Assembly: GCA_976551045.1 (NCBI GenBank)
Contig: CDPCPM010000023.1
Coordinates: 2,666,001-2,730,000, forward strand
Direction: 5' to 3'
DNA: 64,000 bases
Source of the DNA: Glaucostegus cemiculus
Lineage: Eukaryota
Shown here: positions 39,131-52,963 of the stretch, one piece after another
Numbering within the stretch: position 1 is the stretch's first letter
How the letters are laid out: the number at the start of each line of letters is the position of its first letter
The notes under the pieces: model-generated
What the model saw: only the letters and a program-made list of their open reading frames with translations
The model's database searches: none
Told to the model about the DNA's origin: nothing
Translations under genes and position numbers: made by a program

Positions 39131-40837
39131 ATCTTGGATTTCTATACTGGACTTCTAATTGTTCAATAATCAGCATAGTACCCAATACATACAGTGATCG
39201 CTAATTACTTCTGCTTACCTAGCACATTGCACTGATTATGGTAATGACCTGCTTGCTAAATGTATCAATGCAAAATAGTATAATGGACAATTCTTAACTC
39301 AGTACATTATGTTAGGTGGCCATTGATTACCATAATACACTGGACTAGATCCTTGATGATCACTGGAATCACTGGGTTCTGTATTATGCTGTAATAGTAA
39401 TTAATTAATTAGATTAATATTGTACCAGCTAAATTTAGAAATAATAATTCAGAATCCGGAAAATGCTCTTAGTTTGGCAGTTATTCCTCTGAGGTGATCA
39501 TTGATAACTGTAATATAGTGTGATAGGTAATCAATACTGCAACACACTAATAATGATTGTGTGCATTACAATGCAGTGCTTTCTTACTGATTGTTGAAAT
39601 GTTCACTGGTGACTGATAACTGGATATTCTTTAATTAGTGTGAGGTGTACTGGTGAATCACATTGCAGTAGTAACTTGCACTATATGATCCCGAACTATT
39701 GTAACGTAACTCTGCCCTGAATAAGCTTTTACTTGTGGATATAAATAACACTGGTGATTATAACAAGCTATGCATTCACTCACTTAATGTTGTAATATAC
39801 TTCTTAAGTTACAGAATGATACAACAACAAAGAAGGCAATTCAGCCTATGCCAGCTTTGAAAGAGCCTCCCAATTATCAATTATCTGCAAATTTTCTCTT
39901 TCATGCATTTATCCAAGTTACGTTTGGAAATGAGAACAGAATTGTTTCCACCACCTTTCCAAGCAATACAAAACAGCTCACTATGTTAAAATAAATTCTC
40001 ATCTCATCTCTGTTTTTACTGCCAATTAATTTGAATCTTTTCCCTCTGGCTACCTACCCTTTTGTCACCACAGCAGTTTTTCCTTATTTTCTCAATGCAC
40101 TTCAGATTTTGCACACCACTATTCACTCTCCCTTAATCTGCACTGCTCTTAAGAACAACCTCAGCTTCTCTTAATGAAGATTGAAGTTCAGTATTACAGT
40201 TATCAATGATCACCCCAGAGGAGTAACTGCCAAACTCACAAATGAAATTCTGTATTCCTACAGTTTTTTTGTGAATCTCCTCTGTAACCTCTCTATGGCC
40301 TTGAAATCTCTTCTAGAATATGATGTCAAAGAATTGGCTATAATCTTCAAAAGAGCACCGATCTTAATGCTGACTCGGAGGAGGCACCTTGATACAGTAT
40401 CAAAAACTGTTCATCGCTACGCTCTGCTTTCTGTCCTTTAGCCAATTTCATAACTCTAAGCTGACTAATATAGTGATAGCTTCCCCATTGAAACTCAACC
40501 CACATGTCCCATTTCATTTCCAGGCAATGATTAATGACTCACACTCTGGAACCAAAAGCACACATATTTAGTGACATCATCCTTCCACATATTTAGTAAA
40601 TTGTTAGAAAACTGCTGGATAGTTTAGTAAAAGAGCACATTTAGGAAGAGGCATAGGGCATATCCTGGGAATTAGAGACACTGGAAGGAAACATAAAAGA
40701 ACATCCGATTAGCATGGATTTCAAAATTGAAAATCTTGTCTGACCAACCTTATTGAACATAATAGGGAATAGCTGATATGGTTGTAGATGTAATTTATCT
40801 AGATTTTCAAAAAGGCTTCACAGCATTCTCTGGAGTG

Positions 40838-41250
40838 GTGGAGGCTGAAAGGAGGCCTCATAGAAGTTTATAAGATTGTGAGGGGCATGGATAGAGTGGA
40901 CAGCCAGTGTCTTCTTCCCAGGGTTGAAATGTCTCATACTGGAGGGCGTGCATTTAAGGTGAGATGGGGTAAGTTCAAAGGAAATGTGTGGCCAAAGTTT
41001 TTATTTACACTGGGAGTGGTAGTTGCCTGGAATACATTGCCAGGGGTGGTAGTGGAGGCAAATACAACAGAGGTGTTTAAGAGGCTCTTAGATAGGCACA
41101 TGGCTATGCAGAGAATGACAGGATATGAACTTTGTGTAGGTAGAATGGATTACATTAGTTAGGTGTTTAATTGTTAGTTTAATGAGTTTGGCACAATATT
41201 GTGGGCTAAAGGGCCTCTTCCTGTGCTGCGCTGTACTGTTCTATGTTTGT
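40838..41250 (+). mobile_element. CR1 LINE 3' end inserted into an older CR1 fragment (40700-41560)
   Basis: RGMDRVDSQCLLP...WNTLPGVVVEA...FKRLLDRHM and a gggctaaagggcct hairpin with tail. DFQK on the left and FAGDTK on the right belong to the host element. Confidence 0.8.
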
Positions 41251-44200
41251 TCCAAAAACATATACCCTTCATGAGTAATGACAAGTCAAAGAATGTAGAA
41301 TCGGGCAAAAAGAAGCAGACTGGGTTGCTAGTTAGCTTCAGGACAGAAAGCAGTGGCAGTAAAGGTTAATTGTTCATAATTCATCATGGTTCATAATTTA
41401 TATTAATGACTTAGAGACTGAAATGAAAAATTTAATTTCTAAATTTGCAGGTGATACCAAATTACAGGTTTGGAGGGGCATGGTCTTTCTTGAGGACGAC
41501 AGCAACAAATTGCAGGAGGGCATTAATAAATGAAGATTGGACAAATTATTTGCAAAGGAGGTTCAGCAGGGTTCCTGGAGGTTCAGCAGGGTTCCTTTGA
41601 TCTCAACCATCTCTAAGCTATTCCACTGAATGAAACATATTTGAATCATCCACATAAGTACTGTGAAGACAAGAACTAGTTTGAGGCTTTGTATTCTACA
41701 GTGAGTTGCTTACATTCTGACTCCCCAAAGCCTCAAGGGACATGTCAGGAGTGTGATGGGATGCTCCCCACATGCCTGGATGGGTGCAGCTCTAGATGTT
41801 TGAATGGCTTCAGAATCACTGTGGTATTATTTGATGACAGCTAGCAAGACCAACATTTATCTTTCCACTTCCATCAACCAATTATTTATATCATCTGTGG
41901 GCTGCGGGATCTTGCTTTGTGGAAAATTGGCTGACACACTTGCCTTTATAAAATTGGCTGGATTTCCCAATTAGTTAATGAAAAGCAAAAGAAAACTGTA
42001 GATGCTTGAATTCTGAAGTAAAAACGGAAAATGCTGCAAATACTCAGCAGGCAGATAGCACCTGGGGAAAGAGAAACAAGGTTGACATTTTAGGTTGAAA
42101 CCCCTTTGTCAGAAGGTTGAAGACCTGAAACATAAAGTCTTGTTACCACAGATGAGGTAACTGACCCACTAAGTGCTGCCATAGCTTTTTTTAAATTCCA
42201 AATTAGTTAATTGACAGTGAAATGTTTTTAAGACAACCAGAATACGTTAAAGGGACAATAAATATGCAAGATTTTTCTCTTTTTTATGACTGTGATTCAC
42301 TGTATTGGGAGACCACAGATTAGCAGAAGTTATCAGTGTAAAACATCACTCTTGATTATTCTAATAGATTTCACTGCTGATCTTCATACCTTTGAGTTGT
42401 TGGTTTGAATAGTTACTAATCACTGTAATAGATAATTAAAGTCCCTCTACAAGCTAAATATCAACAGTACCTTGCTATAGACAAAACCAAAACTTAATTG
42501 AAATAGCCACATAAAAGCTGCAGCTACAAGAACTGGCTGGAAGCTTAATATTTGTAATGTGACTTACCAGCTGAGACTTTCCAACACCTCCAAGGCCATC
42601 ATAACTGTGATGGAACACTCTCTACTTGAATGAGTGCACAACTAATAACATTCAAGAAATCAAATTCGCTCTCTTGATGGGCAACCCAGCACCAGCTTTA
42701 ACATTCACTCTCCCTATTTCAGTGGGACCGTGGTTGCTGTGTCCACCTTCTAGAAAATCCACTGCTGTAACTTTTTAAGAAATCTTTGGGTATACCTCTC
42801 AAACTCATAACCCCTATTTCAAAAGCCAAGTGCAGTAGGTGTGTGAGAACACCACCGCCCAAGAAATCCCTTCAAAATCACACACCACATGGAAATGTAT
42901 CACAGTCCTTCATTGTCACTGGTCAAATCCTTCAACCATAACAACACTTTGGGAATACCTTGACTGCACAAATTATAGCAGTTCATGAAGGTAACTCACT
43001 CCCAGTTTCCTGTCCAATTAGGGGTGGATATTAAATACTCGTTTCCTCACCGTCTTTCTTCCTCACCGTTAATCATTGCCAATTTTAGTACTTCTGAATT
43101 GTGGCATATAGAGATGCATGTACGACAACAACTAAGGAACATCACTGTCTACTGCCTTCAAGTCATTAAAATTCTTGGCAACAATTTTTAAGCCACCGAG
43201 TCAGTTTTGAATCTAACTTGCCACTTTACCCCGATCCCATGGACTTTAAATTTTTCTGAATAGATTACTGAGTGTATTTTGTCAAATCCATTCAACTGCA
43301 TTTAATGCCTTCAGTCGTTGATCAGATACAGCAGCCTAGAAATCGGTCTGCACCACCTTTTCAGCATGAAAAGTATATTAGCAATATCCCTAATGCTGAT
43401 TTGAAATGCTCCCCAAAATCGTAAAATATTTAAGCATAACTTCCTCTATTTCAGGACCAGGTGAGTGGAGAGTGTTGAAAGAGTAGGTGCACGCTAAAGC
43501 GATCTAACGGGAGTGGCAGAGAAACCTGTGCATGCTTCTGAGGAATGTCTGTCGTGTGCAAAGTGTATTCCTCACAGAAGTTCCCAGGAATGTATCTAGA
43601 AAGACAAGAGTGTCCTCTGTGAATGCTTGCACTTTTGGGTGCTCTGCACAGCAGCCAGATGCCCATCTGGTGTGAAAACAAAATTGGAAGATTCCCCCCA
43701 TTTTGCTGGTAGAGCTCCTCTTGACTTCTTTGGTGCAGCTGTGAGCAGCCAAGTGTCCTATGTAGCATATATTGGCAGAGGCAATCTGCAAGGACCCTGA
43801 GGTAAGATCTCTTCAAGTGAAGGTGACCCTGACTTTCAGGTCAGTGTGGGCAATTGTGTTCACCAGACACACTTCAAGTACCTAAACTGTCGACAGCATA
43901 CAGACTGTAAAAGTCAGTGGACTAATTGGTTGGGGGACAGGGAGCAGAAAAATAGCAAATGGAATTCAATCTAGAGTTGTTTTCTTTAGAACACTGGCAG
44001 TTGAGAAAAGATTTAATTGTGCTTAAAATTACTACAGGTCTCAAAAGGCTTTATAGAATAGAATTTGAATTACCACATCTGATGGAAATGATTGTCAGAG
44101 AAGTGCACAAAATGCTCACCAAGGAGAATAGGTAGGGAATTAAGGGTCTAGTCTTATATGTTAAATACACCCAGAAAATGAATGGGAGCATACAATCTGC

Positions 44201-47200
44201 AGAAAAGGAAAATACCCAAAGAAGTGAACTTGCTTGAAATTTACAGCATGCAGAGTGAAGCAAGGCCTTGATCTGAACTTTCGACAGTACCTGTCCTGAC
44301 CCACTATCCACACTGGCTCTGCAGCTGTATTAACCTCATGTGGCTACAGGGCTGCCAACAATCCAGATGCCTTGGTTCTGTAGCCGTCCTGCTGACGGAC
44401 CGGGCACCAAGTGGCCACCACACTTTAAGACAATACATCCTAGGCCCGCCCCACCTCTGCCCTTGGCCTAGCCCATTCCACTCTGCCCCTTCCCCAGCAC
44501 CCCAGCCTCCCCAGCCTTACCCCCTGCCCCTCCCACCCCATCTGCCCCATCCCACCCGACCAATCTTTGACAGCTCACCACTGCCCAAATCATTTTCTGT
44601 CGTTTAAGTCTCTGATAATCAGAGATATTTTAAAATAGTTGAATAATGAAAACTAAAACTAAATTAAAACTAAAATAACCTTATTTTATTTAAAATTCAT
44701 TCATTAATTAAAATATTGATATGTAGGAATAATAAAAACAAAATAAAGAAAATTAAACAAACCTCAACTGTGCTTATTTCTTCAATTAATCTTGGTGAGC
44801 ACATGGGGTTATGCTACATACAACAGCTATGAGTGGGGTAAAGCAAATAGACAGGGTGCTGTGTGCATCCAGCCCCACAGCCCAGTATTTGGATGCTCTG
44901 CCTCGATCTCAGTGCCGAGTCCAGCACCTGAGCAGAGGTCAATGTGCTGACACCTGATCTTTAGTTCATTCCTGATTTCCTCCTTGCAATACACAGGTGT
45001 GAGAATCAAGAATAAGCTGACCCAGCTACTGGGGGTTCTCTGCAGACCACTTCTGAGGGACAGAATGATCCCACCATTTGAACAGTGACTGGACTTCAAA
45101 AACATTTCCGTGAGCATGAAGAACTTTGGGCCATCCTGAGATTCTGTAATGTCTGATATAAGTGGAATTTTACTTGTTTTTATTTTCTTTCCCTGCACTC
45201 ACTGCCACACTTGCTTGAACTTCTTTCTGCAATTTCTTGGGTAATACTGAGCTAATATACTCACAAATTCCTTAATGAGCTCTTTCCCTCCAAACCTAAT
45301 TATGCATTTCTTAATTAATTCCTTCCAAATTTTCTCCTGTGCATTCTCTATCATTTCTCCTCTGCAGAATTCAGTATTGCCCTTTTACACGGGTCCTTTT
45401 CCATGCGACATTTGCATGCTCAACTTTCCACTTTCCTGGTCCTAAAGCGGGCACTTTCTATCAATCTTCCTGTCTCCTGCTTCCTCTTGCTTTTAAGATA
45501 TGAATCAGTTGATGACATCTCCTGCTCAGCTAATTACTGCCGGCCTTTATGAAAAGATGTTGCAGTCAGTCATGCTGTCTCTGAGCACTGTTTCTCTTCT
45601 TTAAATGCTTACATCTTCAGGCTACTCCATACCACTGTTGTGTTGGCTCTGGTAAAATGGAAATTGCTTTTGGGCAGCAGAAGCTCAGACACAACATTGG
45701 AAAAGTGTAGACAGAGCTTTACTCTGCACCTGATTTACACTGGAATTCCCGAATGAATGTCTGATGGGCCACTAGGAAGTGTTCTATTCTGCAGCACTAA
45801 CACTATTCACCTTTTGGAGCTAGTCCATGAAAAGACATAATACAAAAAAGACAAGCTGTATTACAAAATATTTAGTTTGGAAATAAAACTGAAATATCAA
45901 CATATGTATCAAGTGGTGCTCCTATAAAAAGGATTAGATGAAGAGTCAAGCTTGAATTTGCATTTCAGTAAATATTACCAATGACTTGTCAACCAATTTT
46001 CATTCTGGGAAAATTAAATCTTGGAATATTACTTAAGAGTGACAATCACTTGGGGAAGATCACAGTGCAAATCAGGCTCTTTGCAGCTGTGTCTGACAGT
46101 TTAGTGGTAAGATAAGCTATGCAAGTAAATTAGTTTTTACCATCATTAATGGCTGCTGCTCTCAGCAGGACCAGCCTGACTCTTTTAGTGACATAGAGCT
46201 GTGTTTATGATGCTGAATTCTTGATTACTTTACCTCAGGTTAAGATTTTTCAACCAGAAGTAAAATTTGTGCACTTCCTACCAAACCATTTGCTGTGCCC
46301 CTTCAAAATAGTTTCATTTTGACCAAGTGTAAGATTCCAAAGAGTGGCTTCAAGTTAAAATAAAATCAAAAAGTGAGAACTCAAAGAACAGGCAATCAGC
46401 AGCACCAATGACAACAACTTTGATAGACTGATGTTCCCACATAATATGTGGCTGAATATTCACTAGACATTAGCAAGAGAGCAAAAATGCTCTCTGATCA
46501 TGTGGTTGGGGGTGAGGCAGGGAGGGGAGAGGGTGAATATTCGCTTTCCCTTCATGCAATTCAGACAATGAATATTTTACTCTACAAATGGAAAATATTC
46601 TTTGAATTATATGCAAAGGAGAGAAGAATATTAATCAAAGCACATAGGAGAAGGGTAAATTCATTGAGGCTTGCAGTAGGGAAGGAAAAAATATTGCCTC
46701 AGTTACTGGATGCATATCATTCTCAGATTGTTACCATAGAGGGAGGAAATCTCATCTGGTCTGACAGACAGGGAAGGATATATTTCTAGAAGTGAATTAT
46801 GGAAAGCTTTATTTGGGATGGTTTCAATAACTAATCAGGAAATGCTTATAAAGCGGAGCAATGCCCTTGGACACACACATTTTACAGAATGCACTTCATT
46901 CCCATTGCAACTCTCTGTTCCACATCTTGTAAAAATGCAAAGCATACCACCAGTAGAAGCTTCATGAAAAAAACAGTAACACCAGTGTTGTATTTCAGTC
47001 TGGGTCAGCTGTTTCACCATATAGGATCCTCTTGTGTCACAAGCACATGCAATATTACATCAAGGCATGGAGCTTCAATTCTGCCTCCCCTGCTTTATTA
47101 CTACAAAGGTTCTTTTGACCTTGTGTATTTATCAGTATTCAAATGAAATATAACACTAATACATACCCTTGAGCACTCGGCCAAGGATGACAAGGACAGG

Positions 47201-48389
47201 TACAAATCAGATTTCCATTTGAATTAACCATCTTGATCAGTAGCTCTACTGGACTGATATAACAGTTTTTGAATAGAATAAATAGACAATTGAAGTTGAT
47301 GTATTAATTTAGTATTTACATTGGGATTTAGATTGACATTGCAAACATCCACCAGAATTAAATTTTAAGTGGAGACACCAAGAGACTGCAGATGGTGGAA
47401 TCTAGAGCAAAATATAACTGTTGGAAGAACTCAGCAGGTCAAGGAACATCTGTGAAGGCCAAGAGATAGTAGATGTTTTCGGTTTACAGTCCTGAAATTT
47501 TAACTGTTCAGAGAGTGATTCCTTACTGTGAGGGTGGGTGAGAGGCAAGTGGGTGACTATTCATAAAAAAACAATTTTAAGAGTTCTGGCAACTTTGCAG
47601 TCACAAAAAAAACCCACATGCTTTTTTCAAAACTAATTGATTAATTGAATGATTTCTAGCCTAGTATTTATTTCATGCTGTGACATATCAAATGAAACAA
47701 TTTGCACCTTCCACATGAATTTCCTCGTTTTGCTCATTTTTTACTTGAACTGGAGCACGCAGTTTCGATTAGCTACTTTCAAACCATTAAAAAGAAAGCT
47801 GAGAATGAACTGATCTGTGGGTGAGGAGGAGGGGTTGTGAGGTGGTAAAGGTGGGAACAAACAATCATTTTCTAATTCATCATTACTTATAACTATATTG
47901 TTTCATGCTTATATTAAATTATGATCATTTGAACCATCTGTCTGTGCTGGAGCTGATCAGGACTTTGACCACAGACAGACCTCCAAGCTCACTTCAGTAC
48001 ATCGAAGCATGTGAATCCCAACAAGTCCCCCAGAACTACCTGATAAAGGCTGCTCCAGCAATAACTGGAGAATTTCTCAACCCATGAGACAGGGGCACCA
48101 CATTCCCTGTGGTGTACGGAAGTGTGAATGTACTTTCAGAACTGATTGTACCATATGGTAGGACTGATGTGTTGCTTCACGGCTGTTCAATTTGAGAATG
48201 ATGCCTTCAATAAAGGATGTTCCCTTTTCATCCTACCTTAGCTCAAGTGGTAGTCATTGCAGCAACATCAAAGAAGCAACTTTGACAATAACAATGTTCC
48301 TGCAAACTGGATGAATTTTCATTAGGTTTCAGAGATGGAGGGAGAATATTCTCTCAGTCACCTCAGCCTTGATTGGGCACACTGAGATA

Positions 48390-48932
48390 ATACCTGGTAT
48401 GGTAATTGCTCTGCTCTGGACCATCAGAACCTGCAGAGAGTGGTAAATGCTGCCCAGTCCATCACAGGCGCATCACATCCTTCCATCCAGTGCATCTTCA
48501 TGGTGTGCTGCATCAGGAAGGCTGACATTATTGTCAAGAATGCCTGCCACGCTGGCCATTCCCTTTCCTCTCTTCTACTTTCTGGGAGAAGATACAGGAA
48601 GACCGGATGACCAGACTCACGAACAGCTTCTTCCCCACTGCTTTCAGGCTTCTGAACCAATCACTTCTTTCACATCCACTTCCCGGTGGTGCTGCTATGT
48701 TCTTGATCCCTTAGTTCTACCTCTTCTATTATTGTCACTTTAGCATTCCCTTTAGCACTATCTCAGTTTGCGCTCTTATACTTCACACCAGTTTGCTGTT
48801 TTTTGTGCTTGTCACTTCATTTATTGTTGTGCTTATAATTTCCATGTGTACTGTCTTACTTTGTAAGCTTCTCACAAGCAAGGAATTTCATTGCACCCTG
48901 GTGTATATGACAATAAGCTAATCTGAATCTGA
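48390..48932 (+). mobile_element. Rex1/Babar- or L2-like LINE 3' end
   Basis: WYGNCSALDHQNLQRVVNAAQSITG...HAGHSLSSLLLSGRRYR, ending tgacaataagct(aatctg)2. Confidence 0.7.
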
Positions 48933-51511
48933 ACCAATTTATTCATTGTTCTCACACAAACATGAACTCTTCTTTCCACACTCATAGCTAAATTATCCCA
49001 CATATTTACTAGACCTGGAACAATCCAGCACAGAGGGAGGCCATGTAACCAATCATGCACATTGGAAGAGTTATCCAAATAGTCCCTTTGCCCTAATTTT
49101 TCTCCACTGTCCTGCAAATTTTCCTTCTCAAGCATGCTGAAAGCTGTTATTAAATCTGCATCCCTCTCAGATAGCGTTTTGCAGATTTAAAAAATACTTC
49201 CTCCTTAGAAAAAAAGCATTTTCATCTTATTGAGTAACTCATGATTTTGTTTGCCAATTTTCTTAAATATCTGGCTTTAAATATCTGACATTCTTTCAAG
49301 AGGGAACAGTTTTCTTCCACCTACTCTATCAAATCATTTCATAATATTAAACATCTCCATTGAATCACCTCCTGACTGATAAGGTGAATAATCTTAGGTT
49401 TTCTTGTTCCTTTACAGGAATGAGGGATCTCACTTCTAGTTCCTTCCATCATATCTCATGTGCATCTTCCCAAGTTCTCTTCCTAAAGAGTGGTGTCAAG
49501 AATTAGACAGAATATGCCTGGTTAGGCATTGTCATTTAAAAAAAAATTAATCTCATTTGTACATCTTCTTGCAAGGTATAAACTGGACATTGAAGTGTGA
49601 GGGACAGGCTGGGGAGTGTTGGTAGTACAAATTGTTGGTCACTGAAGTGGTGGAGGAGGGTTGAACTCAATGTTTTGTCAGTAATGAGATGGGTAGGTTG
49701 TAAGTTGGCCCATTAGAAGATGATATACTGTTCCTTGAATTTATTTTAAGCCTCAAGATTAAAAAAAACTGCATGTGCTAGAAATCTAAAATAAAAACAG
49801 AAAATGCTGGAAAAAAATCAGCAGGTCAGGCAGTATCTATGAAAAATTAAACAGTTAGTGTTTCAGATCTCTGACCCTTGATTAGAGGTTTGAGCTTTGT
49901 TACAGCAGTATAGGAGGCCAATGGAAAATTAAAGTTGCCATCTATGGCATGAGAGAAAGCATGGACATTGGTAACTTTTAAATGCTTCATTATTTTAATG
50001 CATATTACTGTCTAATAACTGACTGGCAAATCCCACACCCCACTGTGAAATAAAATAGCTCATCGCTTTGTGCAATTCCTCTTCTCACTGTGTTTACCTT
50101 GTATCCTCCAAAGAAATTGAAGAATGCAACAGATACACATTCTACTGAAAAAGTTTCCTCCTTCCATTTCAGTATAGCTTTTAGGAATTTAAGAATCATG
50201 TAAAAATTGGGTCATTGCTGTTGATGATTTATTAAAGGGAGGAGCTTTCTGCACAGTATTTTGCTATTTGTAGCTATAACAGTTGCATTCCAATTAGGAT
50301 TTATGAGATACCCACAAGCAAAATACTACAGATGCTAAAATGCAGACAATTCAGTGAGAGGCTTGTGGTGCTGCCCCATGTGACCAAGGTCTGGTCCACT
50401 CTCATAACTTCACAGACAGAGTCACTTTGTTTGGAGTCCCAAGGTAGTATGTTTCTTCAGTGACACTATGTGCAAGGCCCCAGTTAAGTGGGAAAGGGCA
50501 TCTCCAATGCTGCTCTGATGTTGATGACCACCTTTGTGTATGGCTGCCTCAGGAAGTTTGTAAAGGCCTAAGATGCAAATGCTGAGTTCCATTTGTGAGA
50601 AGGCTGGGTCTGGCCACAATGGCAAAGCAAACTCAGCACATCCTAGCAAGACGGAGTCTTTCTCTTCTGCTTTCTTAGGTGGAGAGATTTCTGAAGAGAA
50701 ATACTCAAGTACAAAGCTATTGGGCAATGATCTGTTTAGAACATGTTTAATGTTCTAAGAGGATATGAAGGGGTTGAGCCAATTGGATAATTCCCTGATG
50801 ACACCATGTGGCAAAATCATCTCATCACCAGAACTTTCGACTAGGCTCCAGGTTATAGGCCAGATGATAGTGAATAACAGGTTTGGTTACTTCAAAACCA
50901 ATTACTACATTGCTAGAAATGATGATAACATTTGGACTGCATTGCTAGAAATGATGATAACATTTGGGCAAGATGTTTATGGTGTTGCTTTGGGATTACT
51001 TCTGATGTGCTCAGAACCTCAAATCTATTGCAAAATGTCCTCAAGGTGTGGTTGGGATGGAAAATATAAAGATGCATTGATACCAGTCCTGGTTCATCCC
51101 CAATAGCTTGATTACACAGGCTTCTGTGCTCTACTTGCTGTTCTCTGTCAGTGGTGACATCAACTGTGCTAGGAGATCATCAACTCGGTGAAAGAGGCCC
51201 TGTTGTCTGCTTCAAAGCTGCTGCTCTTCCCACTGAAGAAATTATCATGGACTGAGTGTAAGAACTGAGTATCAGGATTAAGTAGTACTTAGGGACTACT
51301 TAAACAGGGCTCAACCAATACAAAGGACCTACTGGCATAGGGAACTTTGTAAGACTACACTCTCCAAACATCCCTTGCACACAATACACAAGATTTAGCC
51401 TATGCGGTGTTCAATAAAAACAAGATGTATATGAAATGGAATGATTGATTGTAAAGTCATGATGTGTTGCCTTTCTTCGCTTGTGGAACATTTTTTAAAT
51501 TTAAAAAAAAA

Positions 51512-51737
51512 TTTATTTACAGCGTGGTAACAGGCCCTTTTGGCTCAACGAGTCCGCGCCGCCCATTTTAAACCCCCAAAATAACCTACCCGTACGTCTT
51601 TTAGAATGTGGGAGGAAACCGGAGCACCCGGAGGAAACCCACGCAGACATGGGAGAACGTACAAACTCCTTACAGTCAGCGATGGGAATTGAACCCCAAT
51701 CGCTGGCGCTGTAATAGCGTCGCGCTAACCGCTACGT
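51512..51737 (-). mobile_element. Young tRNA-derived V-SINE copy, same subfamily as 31850-32075
   Basis: Near-colinear with 31850-32075 and CpG-rich. Confidence 0.85.
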
Positions 51738-51997
51738 TATCATGTACAACGTTCTACAAAGTACGAAATTTAATTTTATGGTAAAATATCCATGGCAGGA
51801 GATTGCTAAATTTACTGGTGAGAAGATGAGTAAGTAGGTTTGAGAGCAATCAGGAATGAACAGGCTTTGTTGGGAATAATGAAACTTTTCTATGTGGTAA
51901 AATACTTTGTTTCTCACAGTTTTGAACTGCTGTGCATGCTCTTGTCCGATCTTTTGATTCTTGCCATTAATATTTTGTTTTCTGTTTTCCTTCACAG

Positions 51998-52931
51998 TAC
52001 TGTGCTTTTGCTTCACTTTTCTTCATCTTGGTGTCAATCAGCACCTTCTGCCTCGAGACCCATGAGGCATTTAACCCAATCGTTAACAGAACGGAGATTG
52101 TAAGGAATGGAAATGAAACCCGGATGGAAACTATTCAGGAAACAGAAACAGAAGCCTTCTTAATGTACATCGAAGGAGTCTGTGTGGTATGGTTTACCTT
52201 TGAATTTCTCATGAGGATCACTTTCTGTCCCAACAAAGTGGAGTTTATCAAGAATACTCTCAATATCATAGACTTTGTCGCCATTCTGCCCTTCTATCTG
52301 GAGGTAGGACTCAGTGCTTTGTCTTCCAAAGCTGCTAAGGATGTTCTGGGCTTCCTGAGAGTGGTTCGCTTTGTCCGAATCCTGCGAATCTTCAAGCTGA
52401 CCCGTCATTTTGTAGGACTGAGAGTTTTAGGACATACTTTGCGTGCAAGCACCAATGAATTCCTGCTGCTCATCATCTTCTTGGCACTTGGCGTCCTGAT
52501 ATTTGCCACCATGATCTACTATGCTGAGAGGATAGGTGCTAATCCCCATGATCTGAGAGCCGATAAACACACACACTTCAAAAATATTCCGATTGGATTT
52601 TGGTGGGCCGTAGTAACCATGACTACACTTGGCTATGGAGACATGTATCCTCAGACATGGTCGGGCATGTTGGTAGGAGCCCTCTGTGCTCTTTCGGGCG
52701 TGCTGACCATTGCTATGCCAGTCCCTGTCATTGTCAATAATTTTGGAATGTATTACTCCTTAGCGATGGCCAAACAAAAATTACCAAAGAAGAAAAAGAA
52801 GCATATACCGAGACCGCCCCAGCTGGGATCCCCCAATTATTGTAAATCTGGTGTAAACTCTCCACATCACAGTACACAGAGTGACACATGCCCACTCGCT
52901 CAGGAAGAGATTTTAGAAATAAACAGAGCAG
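51998..52931 (+). CDS. KCNC1: KCNC1 coding exon 2: S1-S6, pore and proximal C-terminus (spliced form)
   Basis: Acceptor ttttccttcacAG|TAC (51996-51997) restores [13 protein letters not shown]. Contains S4 [18 protein letters not shown], pore [13 protein letters not shown], the Kv3-specific S6 MPVP, two S1-S2 N-glycosylation sequons (NRT, NET) and [26 protein letters not shown]. Phase-1 donor GCAG|GTAGGA at 52931/52932. Confidence 0.97.
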
Positions 52932-52963
52932 GTAGGAAACCTCTTAGAGGAATGTCCATCTGA
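52931..52963 (+). CDS. KCNC1: Kv3.1a-specific C-terminus made by read-through of the exon 2 donor ([10 protein letters not shown]-stop)
   Basis: The ORF continues through the donor as [10 protein letters not shown], matching the mammalian Kv3.1a tail as I recall it. Product is 540 aa from 12846 or 512 aa from 12930. Confidence 0.93.
   Translation, partial: GRKPLRGMSI

Noticed and set aside
43440-43860. 121-aa and 95-aa minus-strand ORFs as a nested gene
   Set aside because: No recognisable domain or splice structure. The + strand faintly resembles a decayed Tx1/L1 3' end, too weak to call.
52028-52030. TTG 'start' of the 311-aa ORF
   Set aside because: It is an internal Leu. The exon begins at 51998 after the splice acceptor.
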